A DNA stretch of 64,000 nt from an uncultured Actinomycetota bacterium (GCA_963766325.1 CAVXZF010000010.1:160517-224516), one strand, 5' to 3'; shown: positions 8,849 to 19,758, numbered from the stretch's first letter. A program made the numbers and translations. The notes: generated by a model from the sequence alone, not told the origin.

Positions 8849-9733
8849 GTGCCCGAGCTGCCCGAGGTCGAGGCGCTCGCCGCGTTCCTGCGCGAGCGGG
8901 CGGTGGGTCACGTCGTGGCCCGGCTGGACGTCCCCGCCTTCAGCGCGCTGAAGACCTTCGACCCGCCGCCCACCGCCATCGCCGGGCTGGAGGTCACCGG
9001 CGCCGGCCGGCACGGCAAGTTCCTCGACATCGAGATCGGCGGCTCCGCGCCGGGCGCGCCGGACGCGCTGCACCTGGTGACGCACCTGTCCCGGGCCGGC
9101 TGGCTGCAGTGGCGGGAGAAGCTGCCGGCCGCCCCGCCCAAGCCCGGCCGCGGACCGATCGCGGCCCGGCTGCACCTCGACGACGAGAGCGGCTTCGACC
9201 TCACCGAGCAGGGCACCCAGAAGCGGCTGGCGCTCTACCTGGTCCGCGCGGTCACCGACGTGCCCGGCATCGCCCGGCTCGGGCCGGACGCGCTCGACCC
9301 GGCGATCACCGCCGAGCGGCTCGGCGAGCTGCTCCGCACCCACGGCGGCCAGCTCAAGGGCGCGCTCACCGACCAGACGTTGATCGCCGGCGTCGGCAAC
9401 GCGTACTCGGACGAGATCCTGCACATCGCCCAGCTGTCCCCGTTCAAGCCGGCCGGCCGGCTCTCCGACGCCGAGCTGGCCCGGGTGCACGCCGCGCTCG
9501 TCAGCACCCTGCAGGACGCGGTGGCCCGCTCGATCGGGCAGAAGGCCGCCACCCTCAAGGCGGAGAAGCGGTCCGGCCTGCGGGTGCACGCCCGCACCGG
9601 CCTGCCCTGCCCCGTCTGCGGGGACACCGTCCGCGAGGTCTCCTTCGCCTCCAAGTCGATGCAATACTGCCCCACCTGCCAGACCAACGGCCAGCCGCTG
9701 GCCGACCGCCGCCTCTCCAAACTGCTCAAGTAG
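8849..9733 (+). CDS. Fpg/Nei family DNA glycosylase
   Basis: N-terminal PELPEVE, GVGNAYSDE H2TH motif, CPVC...CPTCQ zinc finger. Confidence 0.95.
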   Translation: MPELPEVEALAAFLRERAVGHVVARLDVPAFSALKTFDPPPTAIAGLEVTGAGRHGKFLDIEIGGSAPGAPDALHLVTHLSRAGWLQWREKLPAAPPKPGRGPIAARLHLDDESGFDLTEQGTQKRLALYLVRAVTDVPGIARLGPDALDPAITAERLGELLRTHGGQLKGALTDQTLIAGVGNAYSDEILHIAQLSPFKPAGRLSDAELARVHAALVSTLQDAVARSIGQKAATLKAEKRSGLRVHARTGLPCPVCGDTVREVSFASKSMQYCPTCQTNGQPLADRRLSKLLK

Positions 9734-9792
9734 CCCGCTCGACCCACCCTGACCGCGGCGCTTCCCACCCACCGGTGCGGGAGGATGCGCGG

Positions 9793-10713
9793 GTGCGGAT
9801 CGTGGTCGTCGGCGGCGGTGTCATCGGGCTGACCTGCGCGCACCGGCTGGTGCGCGCCGGCCACGCCGTCGAGGTGTGGACGCGCGACCCGGTCGAGGAC
9901 ACGACGTCGGCGGTCGCGGCCGCGCTCTGGTACCCGTACCGCGCGCTCCCGGAGGAGCCGGTCACCAGGTGGGCCGCGGCGACGTACGACATGCTCTCGA
10001 TCCTGTCCGTACGCCCCGAGACGGCGGTCCGGCTGGTCCGCGGCCGGGAGCTCAGCCGCGGCCCGCTGCCGGAGCCGTGGTGGGCGGCGGCGGTGCCGCG
10101 GCTCGGCCGGGTGCCGGCCGCGGACCTGCCGCCCGGCTACGCGGACGGCTACGAGTTCGCCGCGCCGGTGGTCCACATGCCGACCTACCTGCGCTGGCTG
10201 GTGGACGAGCTGGCCGCGGCCGGCGTACGGCTGCGGCAGCGCGAGCTGACCGACCTCGACCCGGCCCGCAAGGCCGCCGACGTGGTCGTCAACGCGACCG
10301 GCCTGGGTGCCCGGGCGCTGGTCGGCGACGCGGAGCTGACCGGCCTGCGGGGCCAGGTGGTCCGCGTCGCCGACCCCGGACTGACCCGGTGGACGCTGGA
10401 CGACGGCCACCCGGCCGGCATGGTCTACGTGATCCCGCGCGGCACCGACGTGGTCTGCGGCGGCACCGACGACCTCGCCGACAGCGGTGAGCCCGACCCG
10501 AAGACGGCCGAGGCCATCCTGGAGCGCTGCCGGGAGGTGGTGCCCGAGCTGGCCGGCATGCCGGTGCTCGGGCACGGGATCGGCTTGCGGCCGGTACGCA
10601 CCGCGGTCAGGGTCGAGCGGGAGGGCGCGGTGGTGCACTGCTACGGGCACGGCGGTGCAGGCGTGACGCTGTCCTGGGGCTGCGCCGACGAGGTCGTACG
10701 CCTGGTGGGCTGA
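9793..10713 (+). CDS. D-amino acid oxidase family FAD oxidoreductase
   Basis: GGGVIG, TTSAVAAA, VVNATGLGA, GLRP, HCYGHGGAG...SWG. Confidence 0.9.
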   Translation: MRIVVVGGGVIGLTCAHRLVRAGHAVEVWTRDPVEDTTSAVAAALWYPYRALPEEPVTRWAAATYDMLSILSVRPETAVRLVRGRELSRGPLPEPWWAAAVPRLGRVPAADLPPGYADGYEFAAPVVHMPTYLRWLVDELAAAGVRLRQRELTDLDPARKAADVVVNATGLGARALVGDAELTGLRGQVVRVADPGLTRWTLDDGHPAGMVYVIPRGTDVVCGGTDDLADSGEPDPKTAEAILERCREVVPELAGMPVLGHGIGLRPVRTAVRVEREGAVVHCYGHGGAGVTLSWGCADEVVRLVG

Positions 10714-10788
10714 TCCGCCGGGTCACGCATGGGTGTCGGGTATGGCGTCGCCATTGCCCGGCGTCGTGGCGCCGGACACGATGCAGGG

Positions 10789-11961
10789 GTGCGTACCGCG
10801 TGGCTGGTGGCCGCGCTGCTGCTGGTCGCGGGTCCGACGGTGTGGGCTGTCGGCCGGGTCCGGTCGCAGCGGGGCTTCGCCACGTCCGCGGCCCGGGTCA
10901 CCTTCGAGACCCTGCACACCGCCAGCCTGGCCGCGCCGCCGCTGCGGCTCGGGCTGACCGAGACCTCCGCCGGCAAGTCGGCCCGCCACCTGCGCACGCT
11001 GCTCGGCACTCCGGCGATCGCGATCACCGACGCCGACCGGCTGCTCAGCTGGGAGGGGCCGGGCGACCACCATGCCGCCCAGATGTGGGCGGCCGCGGCC
11101 GGGCCGCTGGAGTCCGGCCGGCCGGTGGTGGTCCGCGCCGGCCAGCTGGGCTGCGACAACCTGGAGTGCGAGATCCGGGCCGCCGTGGTGGTGCCGATCG
11201 TGGTCGAGGACCGGGTCGCCGGCACGCTGGCCGCGGTCACCTCGACCGAGCCCGGTCCCGGGCTGGTGCAGGCCGCGCTGGAGACCGCGCGCTGGGTGTC
11301 CACGCAGCTCGAGCTGGCCGAGCTGGACCAGTCCCGGGCCCGGCTGGTGCGCGCCGAGGTGCGGGCGCTGCGGGCCCAGATCAGCCCGCACTTCGTCTAC
11401 AACGCGCTGACCACGATCGCGTCCTTCGTCCGGACCGACCCGGAGCGGGCCCGCGAGCTGCTGCTGGAGTTCGCCGAGTTCACCCGCTATTCGTTCCGCT
11501 CGCACGGCGAGTTCACCACGCTGGCCGAGGAGCTGCGCTCGATCGACCGCTACCTGACCCTGGAGCGGGCCCGGTTCGGCGACCGGCTGGAGGTGCGGCT
11601 GCAGATCGCGCCCGAGGTGCTGCCGGTGGCGGTGCCGTTCCTCGGCCTGCAGCCGCTGGTGGAGAACGCGGTACGGCACGGGCTGGCCACCAAGACCGGC
11701 GTCGGCACGGTGTCGATCGTCGCCGAGGACGCCGGCACCGCCTGCCTGATCAGCGTCGAGGACGACGGGGTGGGGATGGACCCGGCGGTGCTGCGCCGGC
11801 GGGCGGAGAGCGGCGGGCACGTCGGGCTGGGCAACATCGACGACCGGCTGCGGTCCGTCTTCGGCGACGAGTTCGGGCTGGTGGTGGAGACCGCACCCGG
11901 AGCGGGAACGAAGGTGAGCATGCGGATCCCGAAGTTCCACGCCGGGGTGCGGGCGTCATGA
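10789..11961 (+). CDS. LytS-type sensor histidine kinase
   Basis: LRAQISPHFVYNAL, LQPLVENAVRHG, DDGVG, GLGNI. Start could also be 10729. Confidence 0.92.
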   Translation: MRTAWLVAALLLVAGPTVWAVGRVRSQRGFATSAARVTFETLHTASLAAPPLRLGLTETSAGKSARHLRTLLGTPAIAITDADRLLSWEGPGDHHAAQMWAAAAGPLESGRPVVVRAGQLGCDNLECEIRAAVVVPIVVEDRVAGTLAAVTSTEPGPGLVQAALETARWVSTQLELAELDQSRARLVRAEVRALRAQISPHFVYNALTTIASFVRTDPERARELLLEFAEFTRYSFRSHGEFTTLAEELRSIDRYLTLERARFGDRLEVRLQIAPEVLPVAVPFLGLQPLVENAVRHGLATKTGVGTVSIVAEDAGTACLISVEDDGVGMDPAVLRRRAESGGHVGLGNIDDRLRSVFGDEFGLVVETAPGAGTKVSMRIPKFHAGVRAS

Positions 11962-11974
11962 GCGAGGTGACCCA

Positions 11975-12727
11975 GTGAAGCCGCTCCGCGTCCTCGCCGT
12001 CGACGACGAGGCACCCGCCCTGGACGAGCTGGTCTACCTGCTCGGCGCCGACTCCCGGGTCGGCTCGGTGGCCGCCGCCGGGGACGCCACCGAGGCGCTG
12101 CGGGTGCTGCGTGACGGCGAGGTCGAGGCGGTCTTCCTCGACATCCGCATGCCCGGCCTGGACGGGCTGGAGCTGGCCCGGGTGCTGCGCCGCTTCGCCT
12201 CCCCGCCGACCGTGGTCTTCGTGACCGCGCACGACGACCGGGCGGTGGACGCGTACGACCTGGGCGCGGTCGACTACCTGCTCAAGCCGCTGCGGCCGGA
12301 GCGGCTGACCGAGTCGCTGCGCCGGGTCAGCGCGGCGCGCGAGCAGGCCGCGCCCGCGCCGGCCGGCGACCGCGCCGACGAAGAGGTCATCCCGGTCGAG
12401 CTGGCCGGGCGGACCACGATGCTGCCGCGGGCCGAGGTCCGCTGGGTCGAGGCGCAGGGCGACTACGCCCGGCTGCACACCGCGGACACCTCGCACCTGA
12501 TCCGGGTGCCGCTGTCGGTGCTGGCCGAGCGGTGGGCGGACGCCGGCTTCGTCCGCATCCACCGCTCCTACCTGGTCGCCCTGCGCGACGTACGCGAGCT
12601 GCGCCTCACCGGCTCCGGCTACGTCGTCCGCCTCGGCGAGCGGGAACTGCCCGTCTCCCGCCGCCACACCCGCGAGCTCAAGGACCGCCTCATCCGCGCC
12701 ACCAAAGCCGAATGGACCCGCTCCTGA
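11975..12727 (+). CDS. LytTR family response regulator
   Basis: VDDE...[11 protein letters not shown]...DYLLKP receiver domain; [16 protein letters not shown]. Confidence 0.95.
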   Translation: MKPLRVLAVDDEAPALDELVYLLGADSRVGSVAAAGDATEALRVLRDGEVEAVFLDIRMPGLDGLELARVLRRFASPPTVVFVTAHDDRAVDAYDLGAVDYLLKPLRPERLTESLRRVSAAREQAAPAPAGDRADEEVIPVELAGRTTMLPRAEVRWVEAQGDYARLHTADTSHLIRVPLSVLAERWADAGFVRIHRSYLVALRDVRELRLTGSGYVVRLGERELPVSRRHTRELKDRLIRATKAEWTRS

Positions 12728-12932
12728 CCAACTCCCGCCTGTCGCAGGCCCGCGCGAAAGAGGCTTTGTCGTCTTTCGCCCGGATCGGGATTTGCATTAT
12801 TGCCGTTGCTGTCTTGTCTCCGGCTCGGTTTGCGAGAAACCTTCCCTACGCGCCACCAACCGGCGCGGCGGAGTCGGGCTGCCAACATCGATTGTGGCGA
12901 GCCGCAGAGCTGGCCCGCACAAGGGAGTGCCG

Positions 12933-14792
12933 ATGCGAAGAAGCCGGATGGTGGCCGCGGCCGCCGCTGCCCTGCCGATCCTCGCGGTCCTGCCCGCGGG
13001 TCCCGCGGCCGCCGCGCCGCTCACCCCGGGCGGCTCGACCGAGGTGACGGTCGGCAGCAACGACAACCTGTTCTCGCAGAACAAGCAGAACGAGCCGGGA
13101 CTCGCGGTGAACCCGGTGAACCCCGCCATCCTGGCCGCCGGCGCCAACGACAACATCGACATGGAGGCGTGCAACGCCGCCGACGACCGGACCTGCCCGT
13201 TCACCCCGGGCGTGGGCGTCTCCGGGGTCCAGTTCTCCACCGACTCCGGGCGCACCTGGGTGCAGCCGACCTACACCGGCTACTCGGCCCGGGTGGCCCC
13301 GAGCTGTCTCGGCCAGCCCGACCTCGCCCCCGGCGTCCCGCCGCCGGGCGACACCGGTTGCGTGCCGGACCCGGCGGGTCCGATCGGCACGCTGCCGAAC
13401 TACGTCGAGAACGACCTGGTCTCCAACGGCGACCCGGAGCTCGTCTTCGGTCCGGTGCCCGGCGCGGACGGAGAATTCTCCTGGGCCAACGGCCAGCGTC
13501 TCTACTACGCGAACATCGCCACCAACTTCCCCAACCGGCAGGGCTTCCCCGGCGCCGGCGCGATCGCGGTCTCGCGCACCGATGACATCGCGGGTGCCAT
13601 CGCCGGGAACAACGACGCCTGGATGGACCCGGTGATCGTCACCCGGCAGAACTCGGCGCTGTTCAGCGACAAGGAGCAGATCTGGGCCGACAACGCCGAG
13701 TCCAGTCCGCACTTCGGCAACGCCTACGTCTGCAACGTCGGCTTCCGCGGAACCGCCGGATCCGAGCCGGTGCTGTTCGCCCGGTCCACCGACGGTGGCG
13801 ACACCTGGCGGACCCGTCAGCTCAGCCCCGCGACGAACAACTCCCAGACCGGCGGGCGCCAGGGCTGCGCAATCCGCACCGACAGCACCGGCGTGGTCTA
13901 CGTGGTCTGGATCGGCACCGACATCCGAACCCGGCAGGACGTGTTCTACCAGGCGCGGTCCTTCGACGGCGGCGCGAACTTCGAGCGACCGCGTGCGATC
14001 GTGACAGTGGCGGGTATCGGCCAGTTCGACCCGGCGCAGGGCCGGTTCACCATCGACGGCATCGCCGGCGCCCGGACCAACACCTTCCCCAGCGTCGACA
14101 TCGCCAACGGCGCGCCCAGTGGCGCCGACGCCACCGACCAGATCCTCATCACCTGGTCCGATGACCGGGCGGGCACCAACAACGAACGCGCCTACGTCAT
14201 CAGCTCCACCAACGGCGGCCAGACCTACTCCGCGCCGATCAACGCCAACGACGGCACCGACCGGGCCAACTTCCCGGCGATCGCCATCTCGCCGGACGGC
14301 ACCGACGCCTGGCTGGTCTACAACGCCTGGCTGGACCCGTGGCGGAGCGACACCACCTCCCCGCGGCGGGTGCTCGGCGTGGTCCGGCACGCCGAGGTGA
14401 ACGCCGCCACCGGAGCAGTGGGAGCGTGGACCACGCTGCTGCGCGGCGCGGTCGGCGACGGGCGGGCATCCAGCGCGAACGGGCTGACGTCCGAATTCCT
14501 CGGCGACTACAACTACGCCGTCGCCACCCGGGACTTCGGCTCCGCCGTCTGGAACGACATGCGCAACGGCGCGGTCTGCCCGGCGATCAACACGTACCGG
14601 CAGGCGTTCGTCGAGGACGTGCTCGCCGGCACCACCGAGCCGGTCGTCGCGGACCGGCCGCGCGACCGGGCGTCCGCGGCGGAGCTGCCCGCCAGCCACT
14701 CCACCACGCTGCGGCCCGGCCCCAACAACGACTGCCCGGCGACATTCGGCAACTCGGACATCTACGGGGGCACCTTCAGCGACGAGTCGTAG
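12933..14792 (+). CDS. Secreted sialidase-like (BNR/Asp-box) beta-propeller protein
   Basis: Signal peptide; repeated [32 protein letters not shown] Asp-boxes; FLGDY. Confidence 0.82.
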   Translation: MRRSRMVAAAAAALPILAVLPAGPAAAAPLTPGGSTEVTVGSNDNLFSQNKQNEPGLAVNPVNPAILAAGANDNIDMEACNAADDRTCPFTPGVGVSGVQFSTDSGRTWVQPTYTGYSARVAPSCLGQPDLAPGVPPPGDTGCVPDPAGPIGTLPNYVENDLVSNGDPELVFGPVPGADGEFSWANGQRLYYANIATNFPNRQGFPGAGAIAVSRTDDIAGAIAGNNDAWMDPVIVTRQNSALFSDKEQIWADNAESSPHFGNAYVCNVGFRGTAGSEPVLFARSTDGGDTWRTRQLSPATNNSQTGGRQGCAIRTDSTGVVYVVWIGTDIRTRQDVFYQARSFDGGANFERPRAIVTVAGIGQFDPAQGRFTIDGIAGARTNTFPSVDIANGAPSGADATDQILITWSDDRAGTNNERAYVISSTNGGQTYSAPINANDGTDRANFPAIAISPDGTDAWLVYNAWLDPWRSDTTSPRRVLGVVRHAEVNAATGAVGAWTTLLRGAVGDGRASSANGLTSEFLGDYNYAVATRDFGSAVWNDMRNGAVCPAINTYRQAFVEDVLAGTTEPVVADRPRDRASAAELPASHSTTLRPGPNNDCPATFGNSDIYGGTFSDES

Positions 14793-14809
14793 TCCGGAGC
14801 CGCACCACG

Positions 14810-16282
14810 TCACGGGCTGAAGAGGAGGGAAAGGAAGAGGCGGAGGACGGCTTCCCGGTCCGCTGGGCGCAGGGTCTCCAGCAGGGCGTTGACGGCCGCG
14901 AAGGACGGGCGGCCGGCGGCGTCGGTGAAGGTGATGCCGGACGTGCCGAGCAGCGCGGCGAAACCGTCCTCGTCCAGAGTGGACAGGTCGGCGGCGGCGA
15001 CCGCGGCGGTCGCCGCCGGCGGCACCACGACCGGCCCGGCCGCCCGCGCCGCCGGCACCGCCTCGGCCAGCGCGGCGCAGAGCGCATCCACTGTGGACGA
15101 GCTGACCCCGTGGGCGGAGAAGTGCAGGGTGCGCGGCGTGGTGCCGAGTCCCGGCTGCACCTGGGCGTAGAAGCCCCGCGCCCGCAGCTCGTCCGCGACC
15201 ACGAAGACGTCCACATCGGACCCGGCCACGGCCAGCAGGGTGGAGTCCGGCACCCCGAGGACGTACAGCCCGTCGATATCGGCGACCCCGTCCACGAGCC
15301 GTAACAGCGCCGCCCGGGCCTCCAGCGCCAGCGACCGGTAGCCGTCCGGCCCGACGTGCCGCAGCACCGCCCAGGCCGCCGCTACCGGCCCGGCCGACTT
15401 CGCGCTCTGCACGGTCGGGTTGATCACCGGGTAGCCGGGCCACCCGGCCGAGGCGAAGTACGCGTGCCGGCGCAGCGCCCGGTCGGCGAACAGCACGACC
15501 GAGGCGCCCTTCGGCGCGTACGCGTACTTGTGCAGGTCCACCGACAGCGACGTGACCCCGGGCACCGACAGGTCGAATGGCGGCGCGTCCGGCAGGTACG
15601 GCAGCACCCAGCCGCCGATGCAGGCGTCCACGTGGCAGCGCACGCCGCGCCCGGCCGCGGCGGCCGCGATCGCCGGCACCGGGTCGACCGTCCCGGTCGG
15701 GTACGACGGGGCCGAGGCGACCACCAGCGCGGTCCGGTCGGTGATCGCGGCGGCGACCCCCTCCGGCACCGCCCGGTACGCCTCGTCCACCGGGGTGGTC
15801 ACCGCGGTCAGCCCCAGGTAAGCCGCCGCCTTGTGGAACGCCGGGTGCGCGGTCACCGGCAGCACGATCTCGGTGCCACCGCTCGCGTCCCGCGCCGCCT
15901 TCACCGCCAGCAGGCAGGACTCGGTGCCGCCGGAGGTGAAGATGCCGGCGCCCCCGCCGAGCAGGCCTGCCGCGGTGCCGACGACCGAGTTCTCCAGCGC
16001 CACCACCGACGGGAACGCGGTCGGGTCCAGCCCGTTGACATCGAGCATCTCCGCGTACGCCCGCGCCGCCACCTCGTGCGCGGAGTCCGAGCCGCTGTCG
16101 TAGACGTACGCCCACGTGGTGCCGCCGCGCACCGGCAGGTCGGCCGCCCGCAGCGCCCGCAGCTCCGCCAGCACCGACTCGACGCGCTCTGCCCGCTCCT
16201 CCGACAGGCCGTCAGGCGCAAGCGCCGGCCGGCCGGCCGGCGTCGATCCCCACTCGCCCTGCGGGCGCTCGGGCTCGCTCAT
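14810..16282 (-). CDS. PLP-dependent group II decarboxylase / sphingosine-1-phosphate lyase-like, with N-terminal repeat insertion
   Basis: FTSGGTES, HVDACIGG, SVDLHKYAYAPKGAS; the first 31 aa are the repeat element. Confidence 0.9.
   Translation of the reverse strand: MSEPERPQGEWGSTPAGRPALAPDGLSEERAERVESVLAELRALRAADLPVRGGTTWAYVYDSGSDSAHEVAARAYAEMLDVNGLDPTAFPSVVALENSVVGTAAGLLGGGAGIFTSGGTESCLLAVKAARDASGGTEIVLPVTAHPAFHKAAAYLGLTAVTTPVDEAYRAVPEGVAAAITDRTALVVASAPSYPTGTVDPVPAIAAAAAGRGVRCHVDACIGGWVLPYLPDAPPFDLSVPGVTSLSVDLHKYAYAPKGASVVLFADRALRRHAYFASAGWPGYPVINPTVQSAKSAGPVAAAWAVLRHVGPDGYRSLALEARAALLRLVDGVADIDGLYVLGVPDSTLLAVAGSDVDVFVVADELRARGFYAQVQPGLGTTPRTLHFSAHGVSSSTVDALCAALAEAVPAARAAGPVVVPPAATAAVAAADLSTLDEDGFAALLGTSGITFTDAAGRPSFAAVNALLETLRPADREAVLRLFLSLLFSP
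16190..16282 (-). repeat. 93-bp MIRU-like interspersed element, copy 1
   Basis: 83/93 nt identical by manual alignment to 63223-63315; begins ATGA, ends GAGGAGCGGGCA. Confidence 0.85.
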
Positions 16283-17604
16283 GTGGCGACCACCTCCGGC
16301 GAACGGGCGGAGCGGGCGAAGCGGGCCAGCAGCGGGAGCGACACCGCGAGCAGCACCGCCGGCAGCACCGCCATCCCGACCAGCACGCCGGTGACCGCGG
16401 ACGCCGGCTGCGCGACCGGCTCGTCCGCCGGCGACGACACGAAGGACGACACCGCGAGCACCGCGGCGTACAGCGCCGGCCCGGCCGCCGCGCCGATCGT
16501 CTCCCCGGCCGTCCACACCCCGGTGAACGCACCGGCCTGCCGCCGCCCGGTCCGGCTCTCGTCGTCGCTGATCGTGTCCGGCAGCAGCGAGAAGGCGAGC
16601 AGCTGCATGGCCGCATAGCCGGTGCCGAGCAGCGCGCACTGCGCAACCACCCACCAGGCCCGGTCCGGGTGCGCGGTGAGCAGCAGCGACACGGTGGTCA
16701 CCGCATAGCCGAGAGTGGCGGCGACCAGGCAGGGCGCCTTGCCGAAGCGGCGAGCGGCGCGCACCCACAGCGGAACCACCACGATCGACGGCGCCACCAG
16801 CGCGACGAACAGCACCGAGGTCCAGTCGTAGTCGTCCAGCCGGTACGTCGCCAGGTACGGCGCCCCGGCCAGCATCACCGACACCGCCAGCGACTGCAGC
16901 ACGTACGTGCTCAGCAGGAGCGAGAAGGACCGGTTGCCCCGGGCCAGCGCGAACGACTCCCGCAGCCCCAGTGGCGCGGCCGGCCGGGACCGTACCCACC
17001 GGGTGCTCAGCGCGGCGGTCAGCATCGCCGCGGCCAGCACGACGCCGATCACCACGCCCATCAGCGCGTGCCCGGCCCGCCCGTCGCCGCCGGCCGAGAC
17101 CAGCACCGGGCCCAGCCCGCCGGCCAGCAGGATGCCGACGGTCAGCGCGACGATCCGCCAGGACACGATCCGGGTCCGGGCCTGCTTGTCGTCGGTCATC
17201 TCGGCCGGCAGCGCCACGTACGTCACCTGGAACGGCGAGTACGCCGTCGCCGCGAGCAGGAAGGCGACCGCCACCCACAGCCCGCCGGCCAGCGCCCCGT
17301 CCACCGGCACCGCGAACATCGCCACGAAGCAGAGGGGCAGCGCCACCGCGCCGGCCAGGATCCACCGGGTGCGGGAGCCGGTCCGGCCGGCGTCCCGGTC
17401 CGACCAGGCGCCGACCAGCGGGTTGAGCAGCACGTCCCAGGCCTTGGGGACCAGCAGCACCAGCCCGGCCCAGCCGGCCGCCACCCCGAGCGTGTCGGTG
17501 AGGAAGAACAGCAGCAGCAGCCCGGGCACCGCCCCGAACACCCCGGTCCCGACCGAGCCGACCCCGTAGCCCAGCAACCGCCCCCGGGTCAGCTCCTCAC
17601 CCAC
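16279..17604 (-). CDS. MFS transporter, GPH/MelB-like
   Basis: WDVLLNPLVGAWSDR, ALPAEMT, LPDTI; about 12 hydrophobic segments. Confidence 0.9.
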   Translation of the reverse strand: MGEELTRGRLLGYGVGSVGTGVFGAVPGLLLLFFLTDTLGVAAGWAGLVLLVPKAWDVLLNPLVGAWSDRDAGRTGSRTRWILAGAVALPLCFVAMFAVPVDGALAGGLWVAVAFLLAATAYSPFQVTYVALPAEMTDDKQARTRIVSWRIVALTVGILLAGGLGPVLVSAGGDGRAGHALMGVVIGVVLAAAMLTAALSTRWVRSRPAAPLGLRESFALARGNRSFSLLLSTYVLQSLAVSVMLAGAPYLATYRLDDYDWTSVLFVALVAPSIVVVPLWVRAARRFGKAPCLVAATLGYAVTTVSLLLTAHPDRAWWVVAQCALLGTGYAAMQLLAFSLLPDTISDDESRTGRRQAGAFTGVWTAGETIGAAAGPALYAAVLAVSSFVSSPADEPVAQPASAVTGVLVGMAVLPAVLLAVSLPLLARFARSARSPEVVAT

Positions 17605-17680
17605 GCCCGGACCCTAGCGCCGCCCCCCGGGCCGAGCCGGGTGGGTTGGCAAACGGGGACGACCGGGGCACGCTCGCCGG

Positions 17681-18052
17681 GTGGACGAGAGCGTGCCGCC
17701 GGAGCGGGTCCGGGTGGTGCTGGCCGGCGGCCGCCGGGCCCGCCCGGACGCGGCCGCGCGGGAGATCGAGGAGCAGACGCTGGTCGGCGAGGTGCTGGTC
17801 CGCGGCCTGATCCGGACCCAGCTGGCGCTCGCGCTGCGGCTGTCGATCCTGGTCGGGGTGCTCTTCGGGGCGCAGCCGCTGCTGTTCGCGGTGGCGCCCG
17901 GGGTGGCCCGGACCGAGGTCGCCGGCCTGCAGCTGGCCTGGCTGCTGCTCGGCGTGCTGGCCTACCCGCTGGTCTTCGCGGTCGCCTGGACGTACGTGCG
18001 GGCCGCCGAGCGCAACGAGCAGGACTTCGCCGACCTGGTCAACCGGTCGTGA
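17681..18052 (+). CDS. Small membrane protein (DUF485-like partner of solute symporter)
   Basis: Two TM segments, EIEEQTLVGE...YVRAAERNE; GTGA overlap with the symporter gene. Confidence 0.8.
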   Translation: MDESVPPERVRVVLAGGRRARPDAAAREIEEQTLVGEVLVRGLIRTQLALALRLSILVGVLFGAQPLLFAVAPGVARTEVAGLQLAWLLLGVLAYPLVFAVAWTYVRAAERNEQDFADLVNRS

Positions 18053-19758
18053 GCAGCTCCCCGTACGCGGTCCCGGCGATCGTCTTCATCACCGTGGCCA
18101 CCGTGGGCATCGGCGCCTTCGGCTACCGGATCTCCCGCAACACCTCGGACTTCCTGGTCGCCTCCCGCACGGTCAGCCCGCGCTGGAACGCCAGCGCGAT
18201 CGGCGGCGAATACCTGTCGGCGGCGAGCTTCCTCGGCGTGGCCGGGCTGGTCATGACCCACGGCGTCGACATGCTCTGGTATCCGGTCGGCTTCACCACC
18301 GGCTACCTGGCCATGCTGCTGTTCGTGGCCGCGCCGCTGCGCCGCTCCGGGGCCTACACGCTGGCGGACTTCGCCGAGGCGCGGCTGCACTCGGGCGTGC
18401 TGCGGGCGCTGGCCACCGGTTTCGTGGTGCTGATCGGCTGGCTCTACCTGATACCCCAGTTCCGAGGCGCCGGGCTGACGCTCAACACGGTCACCGGAGC
18501 ACCGGCGTGGCTGGGCGCGGTGGTGGTCGGCGTGGTGGTGACGCTCAACGTCGCGGTCGGCGGGATGCGCAGCATCACCTTCGTGCAGGCCTTCCAGTAC
18601 TGGGTGAAGCTGACCGCGATCGCGCTGCCGGCGATGGTGCTGCTGATCATCTGGCAGGCCCGGGACGACGGCCGGGGCGCGCTCACCGCGGACGCGCCGC
18701 CCACCTTCCCCGCGGCCACCTCGGTGGAGGTCCGCACCGGCGCCGAGGTCGCCGTCGACGAGCCGGTCGACGTGGTGGTGGACGGCACGCCGGCCCGCTG
18801 GGAGCCGGGGCCCCACCTGCTCGCCGCCGGCACCCGGGTGGAGTTCCCGGCCGGCGCGGAGCTGCCCCAGGTGATCGGCGGCGCCGCCCGGGCGGGCTCG
18901 GTCTGGGCGGCGCCGCTGTCCGGGCTGACCGGCGAGCACCCGCTCTTCGCGACGTACTCGCTGATCCTGGCGACCTTCCTGGGCACCATGGGCCTGCCGC
19001 ACGTGCTGGTCCGGTTCTACACGAACCCGGACGGCCGGGCCGCCCGCACCACCACCCTGCTGGTGCTCGGCCTGCTCGGCGTCTTCTACCTCTTCCCGAC
19101 CGTGTACGGCGCGCTCGGCCGGGTCTACGCCCCGCACCTGCTGCTGACCGGGCAGGCCGACGCGGTGGTGCTGGTGCTGCCGGGCGCGGCCCTGGACGGG
19201 CTGCCCGGCCAGCTGCTCGCCGGGCTGGTCGCGGCCGGCGCGTTCGCCGCGTTCCTGTCCACCTCCAGCGGGCTGATGGTCTCGGTCTCCGGCGTGCTGT
19301 CCACCGACGTCTTCGGCCGGTGGTCGGGCGGGCACGGCTCGGTGCGCGACTTCCGCCGCTCCGCGATGGTGGCCGGGGTGGTCCCGCTGCTGCTCACCCT
19401 GCAGCTCGGCACCCTGGGGTTGTCCACTGTGGTCGGCCTGGCGTTCGCGCTGGCGGCGTCCACCTTCTGCCCGCTGCTGGTGCTGGGGATCTGGTGGCGC
19501 CGGCTCACCCCCGTCGGGGCCGGCTGCGGTCTGCTCGCCGGCGGCGGGCTGTGCGGCGCCGCGGTGCTGGCCACCGTGGTCGGGCCGGACCTGGACGGCT
19601 GGCCGGGGGCGCTGCTGGCCCAGCCGGCGGCCTGGACGGTGCCCATCGCCTTCGCCGTCATGGTGGCGGTGTCGCTGGCTACGCCGCGCCGGGTGCCGGC
19701 CGATGTGGGCCGGACCATGCTCCAGCTGCACGCCCCGGAGTCGCTGCGGCTGCGCTGA
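18049..19758 (+). CDS. Sodium:solute (cation/acetate) symporter family protein
   Basis: AIGGEYLSAASFLG, GTMGLPHVLVRFYT. Confidence 0.9.
   Translation: MSSSPYAVPAIVFITVATVGIGAFGYRISRNTSDFLVASRTVSPRWNASAIGGEYLSAASFLGVAGLVMTHGVDMLWYPVGFTTGYLAMLLFVAAPLRRSGAYTLADFAEARLHSGVLRALATGFVVLIGWLYLIPQFRGAGLTLNTVTGAPAWLGAVVVGVVVTLNVAVGGMRSITFVQAFQYWVKLTAIALPAMVLLIIWQARDDGRGALTADAPPTFPAATSVEVRTGAEVAVDEPVDVVVDGTPARWEPGPHLLAAGTRVEFPAGAELPQVIGGAARAGSVWAAPLSGLTGEHPLFATYSLILATFLGTMGLPHVLVRFYTNPDGRAARTTTLLVLGLLGVFYLFPTVYGALGRVYAPHLLLTGQADAVVLVLPGAALDGLPGQLLAGLVAAGAFAAFLSTSSGLMVSVSGVLSTDVFGRWSGGHGSVRDFRRSAMVAGVVPLLLTLQLGTLGLSTVVGLAFALAASTFCPLLVLGIWWRRLTPVGAGCGLLAGGGLCGAAVLATVVGPDLDGWPGALLAQPAAWTVPIAFAVMVAVSLATPRRVPADVGRTMLQLHAPESLRLR

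Noticed and set aside
12846-16115. 1089-aa minus-strand ORF and the many other long Arg/Gly/Pro-rich ORFs in the track
   Set aside because: Shadow frames of real genes caused by stop-codon scarcity at high GC; no family motifs.
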